From: Octopus sinensis
Lineage: Eukaryota
NCBI RefSeq assembly: GCF_006345805.1
Contig: NC_042999.1
Coordinates: 76,880,001-76,944,000, forward strand
Direction: 5' to 3'
DNA: 64,000 bases
Notes under the pieces: generated by a model
Told to the model about the DNA's origin: nothing
What the model saw: only the letters and a program-made list of their open reading frames with translations
Database searches by the model: none
Part shown: positions 42,906 through 57,237 of the stretch, piece after piece
Position numbering within the stretch: the stretch's first letter is position 1
Layout: each line of letters opens with the position of its first letter
Translations under genes and position numbers: made by a program

Positions 42906-44504
42906 TATTTAAATAAGTTGATCTGATTTCCAAAGAGAAGAAATTGTTGGAGCAGGATTCATGGAGCTTCGGTTACTAAAATTGTGGTATCGGCTAATGT
43001 TTCGAGAGGTAAGTCTATAAAAGTTATGTTAGCATTCCAAAATCGAGTTCAAGCCTGCAAGTATAATTCTGAACGGAAGACAAAACTCACAGAAAGAGAC
43101 CGCAGAAAAGTAAAACGTATTAAAAAAAAGATCCATAGTATCAAAAGTAATAGCAGAGCCAAACCACCAGCATGCCAACTCTGTGTCAACTAAAATAGTT
43201 CAGAGCTAAACCGTCACCTTACCGACCTTGTGTGTCAACCAAAATTGCTCGCCATAAGCTTCACAAAATTGAACACTAGAGGACAGCTACAATTACTAAA
43301 CCATTCTTGTCTCCAATTATATTGATAAGCGGGGAAAATCGGTGTCAAAACTATAAGAAGTGGTTAATCGCTCAATGGAACAATGTCAATGATTCTGATG
43401 AAGAAAAGCCTTCAACTCTGACTGTTTGATTCCTACAGGAAAGCATAGAGGCGGCTCTGTGATTATTTGGGCGGCAAATCAGGTAATTTGTCAGCCCTTT
43501 AGTTCTTCTACAAAGCAGATTTAACGCTGAACATTATCTGAGTGTTTCGGCTGGTCATATCCATCCTATGGTATCAACATTGTTCCATGATGGTAACGCA
43601 ATTTCCTTGACGATAATGTGCCGATTGATACGGCTAGTGTTATTCTAAATTGGTACGAAAACCATAAAAGCGAAATGGACTACTTGGCTTGGCACCCACA
43701 ACCCCCGGGTCTCCTATATAACTGAACATCCATGATACATTTTGGAACAGCAGGTAAGGAGCCGCTTTCCTCCATCATCGTGGCTAAAACAACTAAACAG
43801 ATTTACTTGAAGAATGGTTTAAATTTCCCTAACAACCATTCAGAACTTTACGAGTCAATTCCACGACTTATTAAAGCTGTGTTTGATGCCGAAGGGGGAC
43901 CAACTTCGTATTAAATTACAAAACTTCTATTTAACAAAGTGGTTCCATTTGTGTGTCCAAACCCCGTATGCATAATATGATTTATACTTACTGCCTTTAA
44001 ATCGGCGGAAAGTAAGATTTTAAGAAAAATAGTGGAATAGTGTCTAATTTATTGATGTATGAAGTTAGAAAACTTGAGGCTAAAGCCAAATCAATGATAT
44101 GTAAAGACAGAAATGTTGTGTTAGGTATACGTTTAGAGAAATAATGAGCTAGAAGTGAAAGCGTAACAGAGACACAATAAATTAGATGCTGCTGGAATTA
44201 AAACTGCTTCTATTTATTACATTCATATATTCAACTGTTCCACATTTCGATTCCATAATTCCTTCCAACAGATCTCACCATATTAGATAACCTACATAAT
44301 ATTTTTATATTTATAACATTATTTTACTTCGCTATAAAATTATTGATTATTTCCATAAATTTTAATTAAAAATTCCATCATAATAATTCTGAAAATATTA
44401 CTTCTAACTTACACATTATTTGTTATGCGTATGATAGTAATTGTCAACACCTTTTATCATTTTACTTCATACACGGGAGGGGATGAATTCCGTGGATTGA
44501 AGTA

Positions 44505-44550
<46 letters not shown>

Positions 44551-44769
44551 TGGTGTGTGTGGTGTGTGTGTGTGTGTGGTGTGTGTGTGTGTGTGTGGTG
44601 TGTGTGTGTGTGTGTGTGTATGTGCATGTGATGGATAGTAAATATTTCTCAATGACTGTCTTATGGTAAAGTATGTTACAGGTTTAAAATTCATGTTTTT
44701 TTTAATATTTAGAAACCTTTTGGATACAAAAAATATGAAATTATTGTAGAGAAAAAAATTTTCACTCAA

Positions 44770-45240
44770 ATTGATAGGAATAATATATGATTCTGTGACG
44801 GAGTCAAATAAATTAATAGATGTTAGGCTATTTTGTAGTATAATATGATTAGATCAGATTAGTGAACTCGCTGAGATCGTAGGTATAACATTTGAATGAT
44901 TCAGGATTTGTAAGTAATTAAGAAAACGTTTAGCAAAAATAGTTTGTTTAATAATCCATTTAGCAGAACCAAGCACACAAAAGAAATTAACAAATTACTA
45001 AATTTTATAACATATATCACTTAAACAAATGGGTGCTATTCAGTCAATTTATTTTATACAGAGAAAAGTCGGTAAATGACTTATAATTTAGATGTAAGAT
45101 ATATGATAGTAAGGATATCAATACGAATATTTTATTATGAATATTACCAATAATGTTGTATATTAGAATTATTGTCTTTAGAGTTATTAAGGTAGGGTTT
45201 GTTTGAAATAAAATGGTTGAATATATGAATGTATGCAATA
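44770..45240 (-). mobile_element. Possible very old L2/CR1-like endonuclease relic
   Basis: PTLIT and HLPTFLCI-like remnants (PTRIT / SDHLP motifs); weak. Confidence 0.3.
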
Positions 45241-45269
45241 AATTTGAGAGCAGAAGAATGTAAGAGTCC

Positions 45270-45790
45270 TTGAACGCTCCCAGCAGAGATGTTTGAGTTG
45301 TATTCAGAATGTTGACTGACGCATTAAGGCTCAGTACCGATTACGCTGAGTTGGACATTTTGTTCAGACAAATGATCAGAGGATCCATAAACAGATGTTA
45401 TATGGTGAACTTGTTTGTGAAAAGCTGCAGTTCTAAGATTGTATAAAGTCCTCGCTGAAGGCATGTGATATAATTGAAGGCCAACTGGGAAAGCAATACT
45501 TATCATCGCCATCAATGGAGAAAACTAGTAAAGGGAGGAGTGGGAATTTTTGAAGAAACACACTTTTTGCGTGTCGAACTTAAATGAAAACCCACTGCTA
45601 GTGTAATGAATAGGGAAAGTTCCGTCTGCAGTATGTGCGAACGTGTATTTCTAGCTAGAGCCGAGCTCATTAGTCACAAGCGGAGCACCAAGTACAAAGT
45701 TTAGTTTTGTCTGAGCGCACAGTTTTCTTAGTCAGTAATGGTCTTCGGTCACGAGTAGGCAGCCAACATAATCATCATCATCGTCATCAT
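45270..45790 (+). mobile_element. RTE-clade LINE 3' end
   Basis: VGHFVQTNDQRIHKQMLYGEL; C2H2-like CSMCERVFLARAELISHKR; (CAT)n tail. Confidence 0.8.
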
Positions 45791-45899
45791 GCAAGAGTTA
45801 CGATTACTATTACAATAGAACTTGATTAGCTAATAATTTATATAAGCATTTAATTAAAAGCGAGTAATCGAGTAGTTGTTCTTTAGGCTGACATATAGT

Positions 45900-46272
45900 C
45901 TTTTCTTTTCTACTCTAGATACAAATCCCGAAATTTGGGGATTAGATCGACCCCAGTACGCAGCTGGTACTTAATTTATCGACGCCGAAAGGCTCCTCGG
46001 CGGAATTTGATCTCAGAACGTAGCGGCAGACAAAATACCTATTTCTTTACTACCTACAAGGGGCTAAACACAGAGAGGACAAACAAGGACAGAAAACGGA
46101 TTAAGTCGATTATATCGACCCCAGTGCGTAACTGGTACTTATTTAATCGACCAGGAAAGGATGAAAGGCAAAGTCGACCTCGGCAGAATTTGAATTCAGA
46201 ACGTAGCGGCAGACGAAATACGGCTACGCATTTCGTCCAGCGTGCTAACGTTTCTGCCAGCTCGCCGCCTTA
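45900..46272 (-). mobile_element. SINE family B with ~2 tandem units
   Basis: Reverse complement of the 28037 copy, including the unit junction. Confidence 0.85.
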
Positions 46273-46490
46273 CGGATACAAATGGTTCTGATATAGTTAA
46301 TACATATAAATTTACTTTACAAGAATTTTAATATGAAACCGAGTGTTAAGACAATATTGTTATATTTGGTAAGAGAAATAATTGATAAAGCCTATAAACA
46401 TACTGAACTAATGTTGTTTGTCTATATTTCACTTTCTTTTTCCTAATTAGTTGATGGTTTGTTACACTGTCGTGTAACCTTGTAAATAAG

Positions 46491-46548
<58 letters not shown>

Positions 46549-47354
46549 GATATATATATACAGAGAGAGGGTGGAGAAAGAGAGAGACAGGGAGAGAGAG
46601 AAAGCTTTATAATTATATGTAAAAATATATAATCATAGTGAAAAGTACTTGGAAAAAATACCAACATGCTAGAAATAGAAATCAAAAAGACTCTAAACCA
46701 CCTATCACTCACTGATATTATTGTTATTATTTTATAACAATTATTTCATCTTTATATATATATATATATATATGGTTGAAGAGTTAAGCAAAAATTTAGA
46801 TTCAGATGAATTAGGTACTTAAGTTGAGGCACCAGAATTTTGTACGGTATTATCCATGCAGTTTCAAAATAAGGTGATTAAAATCAAAATAAGCAACAAG
46901 GATATCTAGAAGTAATGCAGTACGATCGTTTCAAGCGACTCCATTTAATTGAACAGTGCAGCCATTACATCAATTTAAATGCAGAGCAATCCACAGCTGC
47001 ATAAATACATAGAATTTTAATTAAATTAAAACAGATGGACACATTAGTATAATTTTACTTAAAACCTCCAAAAAGGTAAGAAGATAGACAAAGAACATGC
47101 TGTCTTCACTTCAGCTTAATTTTACCCTTTATTATTAATTGACAATATAATTCTCTCCTTGACAGTAAACTACAGTTTTTTTCTGTAGAATTTTTATTCA
47201 TTAGCACACGTGGGTAAGTGAGAAGGAATACGAGATCTCATTCGTCTGTTTTGAATTTGGAAGTACTGGTTTTGGGACTATGTTGTCTGATGTTGCTCGG
47301 TCAGATAATTAATGTTTAATTTTTACAGTGCTCTCAAATTTAAAATCTTGAATT

Positions 47355-47438
47355 ACTGTACTGAAGAGTGAGAATGATACAGTGGAAATGTGATTTTACA
47401 TTTTTCACATCTCTCTAACTCCGAAACGCGTCTACAGT
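47355..47438 (+). ncRNA. Type I hammerhead ribozyme motif
   Basis: ACTGTA-CTGAAGA-GTGAG...CTCC-GAAAC-GC-GTC-TACAGT; 6-bp stem I; palindromic ACGCGT stem III; GUC site. Confidence 0.75.
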
Positions 47439-47824
47439 TAATCAAAGCCGGGTGGATTCATTATATTTTTCTCTTTGCCTGCGTGGGTTGTTGAGTATTG
47501 TTGTCTGGGTGATTTTTTTATGGTAGAGAACTAGATAGTTTTAACTACTATTTCTAAATTTCGGTACCTGGTAATGCAAATTTTTGCTGAACCCTAATTA
47601 TAATTATACTCATAATTATTTAAAAAATAATTTTTTTTTGATACATACATACATACATATATATATACATACATGTATATATATATTTCAAATGCTTGGT
47701 TTCAAATGTACGAAACAAATTCTCTAACAGACTTAAAGAAAAAGAAAAATGTTAGGCAACAAAAATTCTAGTATGACAAATACAAATTCCAAGGCATCCT
47801 GTTCAACGATATCGATAAATATGT

Positions 47825-47950
47825 ACAGGGTTATCCAAAACGAATGAACCGATTTCATTACGCAATATTTTATTAAGGAAAAACAAGCCACAAGTATTTA
47901 CTCACAAGCAACTTTTATTTTCTGTCTTACAATTGTTCCCTGTGGCCACC
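47825..47950 (+). mobile_element. Tc1/mariner terminal fragment
   Basis: TA|CAGGGTTATCCAAAACGAATGAACCGATTT is a TIR-like start; no partner end found. Confidence 0.45.
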
Positions 47951-48019
47951 ACCTGCAGCACGGACAACATGAATGCGATAAGAGTATTCCTCCTAGACGC
48001 GTATCAGCATATCAAAAGC

Positions 48020-48490
48020 AAGCTCATTATGGAACTAAAGAATAAATTTGCTTTGCTTGAGGCGATTCCAGAAGATATTGACATAGAAGGGAAATGGAAA
48101 AACTTCGATAAAGCATTCAACCAGACAGCCAAAGTACTCAGTGGATTGTGATATGTTGATACGCGTCTGAGAGGAATCATGCGTAGAGCCGACCAGGTCC
48201 ACTAGTGTCCTCCATCGCTGGCAGTTCCATGCTGGCCCCTCTGCATCTTCCAAGGTGACGTTGAGCTCTGGAGGTCTTCCCCAATCACGTCCAGCCATTT
48301 GGACGTCATGAGGCCCCTTCCACCCCGCAGCTACTGCATCGAATAAGAGTAAAGCTCTGGTAGGATGATCCAGTGGGAAACGGAGGACATGTCCATACCA
48401 GCGCATGCGACGGATAGATGTGAGGTGAGAGGCTGCGGACTGATGCGTGCGCGCACGCAGTTCTTGTTGGAAACGTGATGGTACCATCTG
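48020..48490. mobile_element. RTE-group LINE fragments in opposite orientations
   Basis: Plus 48020-48150: ELKNKFALL..IEGKWKNF..TAKVL. Minus 48160-48490: RRMRWYGHVLR..HPTRALL..WRTLV. Confidence 0.75.
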
Positions 48491-48554
48491 TTGTTCTCGA
48501 TGTATATACATAACGCTTTCTATAGAGACAGACAGACAAATGGACAGACGAATA

Positions 48555-48720
<166 letters not shown>

Positions 48721-50959
48721 TTTGTAAATAATTCCGTAGATAATTTGTTAAGAGATTTAAATTACGTGTAAATTTTAGTAGTATTACCGTAGATGGAAGA
48801 ATGAAAGTGTATTTACGACACAGCCAAAGTATTAAAATATAAATGGATTTTAAATATGAATGTGTGACTATTAATTAGATAGCACAGAAGACAAGATAAT
48901 GCTTCTGTTTTGCTATAGGGGGATTTATTTTACCTATCTGGATACTTTAGCTGTGTGCCAAACTTAACGTATATACACCATTGAAAGACATGATGCTGCG
49001 TTTTTTTTGTCTGAGAGAAAATCTCTTCATAGGCATGTTGTGTGAGAGACACAATATACATCGGAGCGAGAACATCATCCACGAGAAAGTCAGATGTTTC
49101 GGCCCTTTTGGGTCTTGACAATGACATGTACACACTTACCACACGCCTCAGCAAAATTCGTCCCTTCGATATATTTTTGAAGCCAGGAATAATAAATCCA
49201 CTGATGTTGCGGAAAGCTTTCCAGGTTGAATTAAACTCGCTCCGATATAAACCCCATGGTACTTATAATAAGAAATATCTCCTTACACACACACAAACCT
49301 GAAGTCCTTGTAACAAGCTTCAAAATATCTGGCAATCAAACATTTCAAAGCCAACGGAAATCTACATTCCTTTATATTTCCTGCTTTAACAACTTATTCT
49401 TTCACGCTTCGCTGTATATTTTCTCCCCAATAGAACAAATTTTCACATATTCCAGCTATCATCATGTCAAGCATATGCACTCAAACACAACATACATACA
49501 TGCATATATACATACGTACGTATGTACGTACGCAAATAGGCAATGTTTTAAATTTGCATTAATCTTGTTATTTCCTCCGGGGCCTTTTATAATTTTCTTT
49601 AAATTCTCTGATAATTTTTTAGGTTTCTTTTTCTTTTTCTTTCAGAAATTGAAAAGCCATTGTAAACAGAAGTTGTAAATCATCGTAACCTACTATAGTT
49701 GCACTAAATTAGTGTACAAAATATATGGCACATATTACCTACCAAATATAACCGATATTGAAATAAAACTCTGACATTAACTAATACGTCTTCCTTCAGA
49801 TTGTTTTACAATAGTTAATAAGAAGTCTTATAATTTATCATATCGTTTACAAAACCATATTCAGGATTTACAGAAAATTTGCAAAGTATATAAATGGTTA
49901 CGTGTCTGGTGATCGCCGTCTAGATAAAGTGTAGCCTTAGCAGTCATAACAACGGTAGTTATTACTCTATCTTTTCCGCTGTGCCTTTCGTCAAGACAAT
50001 ACGACTGTCTTTATATAAAAAAGGAATTAAATTGTGTCGGCCCACTCAGTACACCGGATCAAAATTATGTACTATCGGATGGAATAACTTTGCTTTGTAT
50101 ATTGAATTTCCGTTTATTACTCGGAGTTCGATAAAATAACTACCAGTAATATATAAGAATCGATTCACTCGACTTTAGCTCTTCCTCAAACACAATTGGC
50201 CTAATGTCTAACGAGGAAATCGATATTTGTTGGTTAGTAAGACTAAAAGAAAATATGAAGTTATCTTGTTTGGAAGGATGATTAATTCAACAAAAAGGGT
50301 AAAAAGAAAAGAGAATGCTTTGGATGTGAAGCAAAATGATAAAATATGAGAAACTGAAAACTACAGGCAATATTGACTCTACGTTTCCAATATTGTCAGA
50401 AAGATTAAAAAGACAATTTATTAATAAGAATATAAAAACAAAACAGAACGCTCAAATCGATACCTGTTAGTTCTTTCGTTGTCTCTGAAGAATTCCGGGA
50501 ACAGGTTCGGAAAATATGTAATGGATTAAGCGGAAAGGAAAACGCTGCCGGTGTACATATGTAACTATCCTTTATAAATGTTTGCCTGAGAAAAAATGTG
50601 ATATGGTGGGGGAATGTGTAGCGAGGAAAGACAACATAAGCACAGTACATACAAACTGATGCGTAATAAAATATTTCTAACTCATGTACACAAACGGCAA
50701 TATCTATAGAAACATAGCTGAATATTTGCAGTCGTACGAAGAAACCGAACGCTATTTCTAATACAGAAACACAACCGAAAGTTTTTGTTTGTAGTTGGAT
50801 GAATCGAGCTCAAATCTGATGTATATTTTTGATCGACCCGGAAAAGATGAAAACCAAATAAAAATCGGGATTTGAGGATAGAAAATATACTTGTCTGACA
50901 CTCTACTGTTTCTAACAAATCCGTATTCTAATAATTGTTTCAAACTTAAGCGCAATGCC

Positions 50960-51352
50960 TCAGATTTTCTGAGAAGGGTAATTCAGTTAATTGACTCCAA
51001 GTACTTGACAGACACTTTATTTTACAAAATGTAGAAGGATGAAAAATGAAATTGACTACGGCAGGATTACTGCAAGGAACATAAAGAGCCGGATGAAATG
51101 CAGGAAAGCAGTTTTACCGCTGCTCTACTGACTCTGCTGGTCCGCCGCTGTTCAGACTAATAATTCTGTCTATTATATAGGCAAAAAGCCTGGAATTTGG
51201 GGGCGATGGGGCAAGTCGATTATATTGCGTACAGTGCGCAGCTGGTACTTATTTTATGGATACCGAAAGGATGAACGGTAAACTTGATCTCAGCAAAATC
51301 TAAACTCAGAACGTAAAATCAGATGAAATGCCAATAAGCATTTTGCCCGGCG
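50960..51352 (-). mobile_element. Two decayed SINE family B copies
   Basis: CTGGTACTTATTTTAT..AAGGATGAA..AACTCAGAACGTAA..AAGCATTTTGCCCGGCG. Confidence 0.7.
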
Positions 51353-51774
51353 AAGCACCCTGATAATAATGCTTCCATTATCATTGGCACAGTCGCAGTT
51401 TTCATTGGCACAGTCTACTAGTGATTTTTAAGTGATTACTGATGTAAACATCCAGAAACATTTTTAGGATAAGTATAGTTTGATGAATTGAGACTGGTAG
51501 TCCATGCTTTTCATGTATTTGCGTTATCAAACCCAAAGGGAAGAAAGACAAAGTCGGTCCACGCGGGATTTTAATACAGAACGTTGAAGAACATAACGAA
51601 ATACATTTAAAATAATAAAGATACGTAATTGCTTCAAGGTGATGTTAAGACTGTCACCCATTAAAATTAAGATTTCTGCCATATAAACAAGGTCATGACT
51701 TTTTCGTTGAAATCGGAACAGTCCCATTATTTGATAGACCCCATTACTTGACTGACAGTTATTTTATCGACTAG

Positions 51775-51990
51775 AAGGCGGCAAGCTGGCAGAAACGTTA
51801 GCACGCTGGGCGAAATGCTTAGCAGTATTTCGTCTGGCTTTATGTTCTGAGTTCAAATTCCGCCGAGGTCGACTTTGCCTTTCATCCTTACTGGGTCGAT
51901 AAATTAAGTACCAGTTGCGTACTGGGGTCGATCTAATCGACTAGAATCCTCCTCTAAAATTTCGGGCCTTGTGCCTAGAGTAGAAAAGGT
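51775..51990 (+). mobile_element. SINE family B, single unit
   Basis: AAGGCGGCAAGCTGGCAGAAACGTTAGCACG...GAGTTCAAATTCCGCCGAGGTCGACTTTGCC. Confidence 0.9.
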
Positions 51991-52082
51991 TATTTTATCG
52001 ACTGATTGATAAAAGGTAAAGTTGATTACTGCGAGATTTAAACTTAGAACGTATAACTGTATAGTTAAATATCTCTCTCTCT

Positions 52083-52172
<90 letters not shown>

Positions 52173-53829
52173 GCTCGCTCGCTCTCCTCTGTGTTAATAC
52201 CAAATGTGGTCTCAAAAGAAAACACACAGATAATCATGAAATAGAATTACCGCAAAGAAGAAAACAAATTCCTGTGTGTGAGTGTGCATGTATGTGTGTG
52301 TATGTGCATATAAATGTGTGTCTGTTCATACGTACACACACACCTCCATAATACATACACTCATACAAAGAATATGTGTGTGTAAATGTCATGCCATCAC
52401 GAAGGATATAGGCTTTTATTGCCAGAAAATCTAGGAGACATTATTAATGTGTGTCTTGAAATTTGTAGTGAATAAAAGGAAGTTAGGTCTCTATTTTATA
52501 AAGAAGGCAGCATTGTTAACCGGTTATGTAACAACTACAGACAATTTAGATTGGTTGGGAAATACATATGGCATACATCAGACTACAGACTACGATAATA
52601 CAAACAGCCTCTGAGAATTAGAAGAAAATATGACAGATAGCATGTATGTTTATATGTGATTTCCTTGCGTAATCAGCCCGTTGAATTATGCGAAAAGTTT
52701 CAGAGGTAAAATAAAATAAAATTCTCAATGCAACCACTGTTAGAAGATAGATCTGCCGTCTTAATATAGATTGTTGCACAGTTCTACTCTGTGAGTAGAG
52801 GATATGAAATATGATACAGCCAGTCATTGACTGTAAAATTCTAGCTCAAATGGATTATAATTTCCATTTTGATTTATGACGAAAGTATATATTTCAAGAG
52901 AATGAAAAGTGGTACCGAAACATAGTTGAAATATTTCTGGAATACGAGAAAACGGAAATATTTTGGAAATTTAACAGAGAAAAGATTCGAGTTTTAGAAC
53001 ACAGAACATTCGATATTGAAGTTGCTGACAAAGGCACGTATGAACATTTTATAATTAACGCTGTTATATCAAGGGACCACGCTATGTCTCATAACGAGTG
53101 CCACAAACAATTCCGAATTCCTGAAATCAAATTAGACTTTTACAAGAATGTGAAAGGAAATAAGCGTGATACCAGTAATTATCCTAGCATTAGGATAATT
53201 TATGCTGAAGAAATGTTTTCCTTTTCTCTTTCACAATTACATGTAAAAACAAATATCAACACTACGAAAAAGAATCTGCCATGCATGAAAATGTCAATGT
53301 CATTTTGGAAAGTATAACTTCCTGAGATTTTTTTTTCCGTACTCCACGCCCTTGTGTATATAAATATAATTATTTCTAATTTCAGCACAAAACCAGACAT
53401 CTGAAGGTGGAGTAAAGTCAATCATGATGACCCCAATATTTCAGTGGTACTTATATTATCCTCCTTCCACTACCCCCACCACCACCACCACCACCACCAC
53501 CAAAATGAAAGACGTAGTCGATTCTGGATTCCAGAACATAAGGAGGTGCAAAAAAAAAATACTGCAACACGTCACGTCTGACAGTCTCCCAATTCTGCCT
53601 TCCATCGTCCTACTTATTGAGATATAAACACATGATATTTAAATGAAATTCTTTCTGGTTTAGCATTGTAAATATTCTTACTCGTGGGGTTAGGAACTAT
53701 TCCATTCTCAAAAGCACTCGCGCGGCATAAGTCAGATGTGGTAATTGGAACTGTATCTTGGTTGTGTTTTTCTATGAGAAACCATTATGTAAATGTGGCA
53801 ACTACAACAAACAAAAGATGAAAGTAAGA

Positions 53830-54155
53830 ATAACGACGAACACGAATGCAACAACCAGGTGACGACGACGGCGACCACGAAGACGACGACGACAACCATC
53901 ATCACCACCACCACCACCACCACAATGACCACGATGAGGACTACGACCACGACAAAAATGACTATAGCAACAGCTATGAATACCAAAACGACGACTACTA
54001 AGGCGACGACGACGCACAGCTGCCAAGACGAGGACGAAGACACCGCCGACACCGCCACCGACCCCGACTACGACGACGGCGAAGAGGAGGAGAAGGATCA
54101 TGATTTTGATAGTGATGGTAGTGGTGGTGGTGGTGGTGGTGGTGGTGGTGTCGGA
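53830..54155 (+). repeat. Degenerate (ACG/ACC)n then (GGT)n trinucleotide tract
   Basis: Direct inspection. Confidence 0.85.
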
Positions 54156-55119
54156 GGATAAGAAGCAGTCAGTTACAAATTTGTCACAAGAACATCAATG
54201 AAATATACAACGGAACTGCAACAGAATATTCGAAAATAAGATGAGATTTCAGTTCCAGCGATAAAAATAAGACGACGCGGTTGTAAAGTACACGATTAGA
54301 TTTTTATCCATAACTCCGTTATAATGCAGTGTATTCATCTATTTTTAGGGGGAACCAGTGCAAAAGGAATCGTAACTTGTGATCTTACCAGATCTATTTT
54401 GGCCGTGTACTATCGCTCAGTTGTGTGCGCCATCGTTATAATTTACACACATATAGACGATACAGAATAGAGGAATATGTAGTGGGGAATATGGTCCTAT
54501 GTATATTATTTTTTAACAGAAGACGAAGTAGTCACGGCTGGAATGCATTTGGTCATTGGCCTACTCAATCAAGTTGATCTGGTGCAAAGCAATAAAAGGA
54601 GTACAACTGAACGGATGAAGAAGTCATTATATGGTTAATTGACGGATCTATTCCATATCAATCACATATACTAGATCCTGATTGACTTGCTAAAAATAGC
54701 AATCACGCCCTACTGTCTCAAACAGAAAGGACACATTAGATAACGAGGTCTTTAATACCCTTATAAAGACGGGGTGCTGTCGGTTTGTCATAGGTCTCTC
54801 AGTTGTGGCCGGCCTAGGGCTAAACAAGTGCATTATATAGACACGCCAAAAAGGGATTTTTACGTCGTCGCTCTGCCTGCTAAATTCTCCTCAGCTCCAG
54901 TTTATTTTCTTCAAAAACGAAAGACATTTAGGATAATCTAGTCCAAAATATATTGTCAGAAAATAAGGGACATTGCTTACAGATTCCATCATAGGTCTAT
55001 TTGCTCAGTTGTTGATCTAGAACTAAACAACAACAACTACAGTAATACCAGGTGTCAATCTATTGACAAGTCATCTCTTCAGCTGGTGTTGAATAAAGAT
55101 ACTTGTTTAGCTACACAAC

Positions 55120-55169
<50 letters not shown>

Positions 55170-55175
55170 TAAGTA

Positions 55176-55592
55176 AGCGTAGGAGTGGCTGTGTGGGTAA
55201 ATAGGCGTAGGAGTGGCTGTGTGGTAAGTAGCTTGCTTACGAACCACATGGTTCCGGGTTCAGTCCCACTGCGTGGCACCTTTGGCAAGTGTCTTCAACT
55301 ATAGCCTCGGGCCGACCAAAGCCTTGTGAGTGGAGTTGGTAGACGGAAACTGAAAGAAGCCCGTCGTATATATGTATATATATATATGTATGTGTGTGTA
55401 TATGTTTGTGTGTCTGTATTTGTCCCCCGCCCCGCTTGACAACATCGCTTGACAACCGATGCTAGTGTGTTTATGCCCCTGTAACTTAGCGGTTCGGCAA
55501 AAGAGACCGATAGAATAAATACTAGGCTTACAAAAGAATAAGTCCTGGGGTCGATTTGCTCGACTAAATGTGGTGCTCCAGCACAAGTAAAA
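55176..55592 (+). mobile_element. SINE family A with duplicated 5' head
   Basis: GCGTAGGAGTGGCTGTGTGG occurs twice in tandem, then the standard body and tail. Confidence 0.9.
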
Positions 55593-55597
55593 GTGTG

Positions 55598-55633
<36 letters not shown>

Positions 55634-55849
55634 ATATAATTGGGAAGGCCGGTTTATGGGATTGCCTTAGGTTTCCTGTCCATAAAGGGTTAAGCTTTAT
55701 GGCGTATCGTCAGATCCCAAAACCTGTTGGATTTGGGATCTGCGAGTAGTTTGTATATAAATCGAGTAAGAACGAGTAAAGGAACAAACCAGTGGCTTTA
55801 TACAACTACTACAAATAATAACATTGTTCGATGTGGACATAACTCCAAT

Positions 55850-56480
55850 AATTTAGAGGGAATAGTTTAATCGATATCATAGACTCCAGTTCATGACTGA
55901 CACTTTATTTTTATCACCCCAGAATTGAAGAAAGACAAAGTGGACCGCAGTGGGATTTGAACTCAGAGCGTAAAGAGATGGAAGAAATACTACAAAGCAT
56001 TATTTTCGACGCTCTAACGATTCCGCCAATTCACCACCTCATATCTACCAAAAGTAATAACTGCCTTCGAAAGGTGAGAAAATATTTTTTTACAATGCTT
56101 TATATAATATGAAAATGAAACTTTTAGTCCCACAGCCACTAAAGAGATGAACAGTCACCGAAGCAGGTAGATTCCCTGCAAGGTAAACAAAATGCAGTAT
56201 ATGTTCCATATATTCTTCATGCGGTATATTCGAGGTCCATTCTTCTCATTGTATTTAATTCACACAGACATAAAGCCATATCCCTTTCTACTTTAGGTAC
56301 AAGGCCTGAATTTTTTTTTTTTTTTTTGGTGGGTGGGAGTAAGTCGATTACATCGACACCACTATTTCACCGGTACTTAATTTATCGACCCCGAAAAGAT
56401 AAAAGGCAAAGTCGACCCCGGCGGCATTTGAACTCAGAACGCGAAGACAGACGAAACACCGCTAAGCATTTCGCACGACC
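55850..56480 (-). mobile_element. Two SINE family B copies (55850-56040; 56290-56480)
   Basis: GGCAAAGTCGAC..ATTTGAACTCAGA..GCTAAGCATT. Confidence 0.75.
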
Positions 56481-56609
56481 GACCACCGGCTTAGTTATTG
56501 TGCACTTACAAAATTTAAATATTTCGTTTTGATGAACTAACACTGTACTACATAGCTTCATGTGCATTTATAATATCTCTCTCGCACACACACACACACA
56601 CACACACAC

Positions 56610-57179
56610 GTTCAGGACCGAGTGTGTCATACAAGACTCATCTCTTTTCGCTCACCACTACTCTTCGACCTGTTACTTCGTCCTCTACCTGCCACCAAAA
56701 CCCATTCGCTACAAACACTTTTTCTCGCCTCGGCACTCCTACAATGACTTGTCACCTTTATTGAATCTAACCTCAGGCACTGTTACTTCACTTTTCACAA
56801 TCTTTCTTCCCATAACTGCCTCTATGGCACGCCTTTCCTGTCTATATTTTCAACCAAACAACTGACTTACAAAACTTCAAAAGTTTAAATTGAACATCAA
56901 TCGCATTGATCCTAGCAAACTATCCCTCCTACTGCTCTTTCTATAATGACCTGAAAGAGTTACAGACGAACTCATAAAATAAAATACATTTGTGTAACTC
57001 TCCATTTCTGTGTTCGCAAGATACTTGATTAGTAATGTCTTGTAAATTGTGACAGATAATGAAAAGATAATTATTGGTACCATAACCAATGAAAGTTATC
57101 CGAGGCATAGTTATTGCTAGTTGAAATTGTTAAAATTGTGGTATATTAAAATTGTTGTTGTTGTTGTTGTTGTTGTTGT

Positions 57180-57237
<58 letters not shown>

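Larger units (their letters stand above)
42198..43966 (+). mobile_element. Full-span decayed Tc1 transposon with two nested SINEs
   Basis: TIRs CAGGTGTTGGACAAAATAATAGAAACACC / GGTTCCATTTGTGTGTCCAAACCCCG with TA flanks. Transposase pieces SDFQREEIVGA, KTKLTERDRR, GSVIIWAA, DDNVPI, IPRLIKAVFDAEGGPTSY*. Confidence 0.9.

Noticed and set aside
53793-54161. 122-aa Thr/Asp/Gly-rich ORF resembling a mucin-like or acidic protein
   Set aside because: Explained by a degenerate trinucleotide tract; no domain or convincing splice context.
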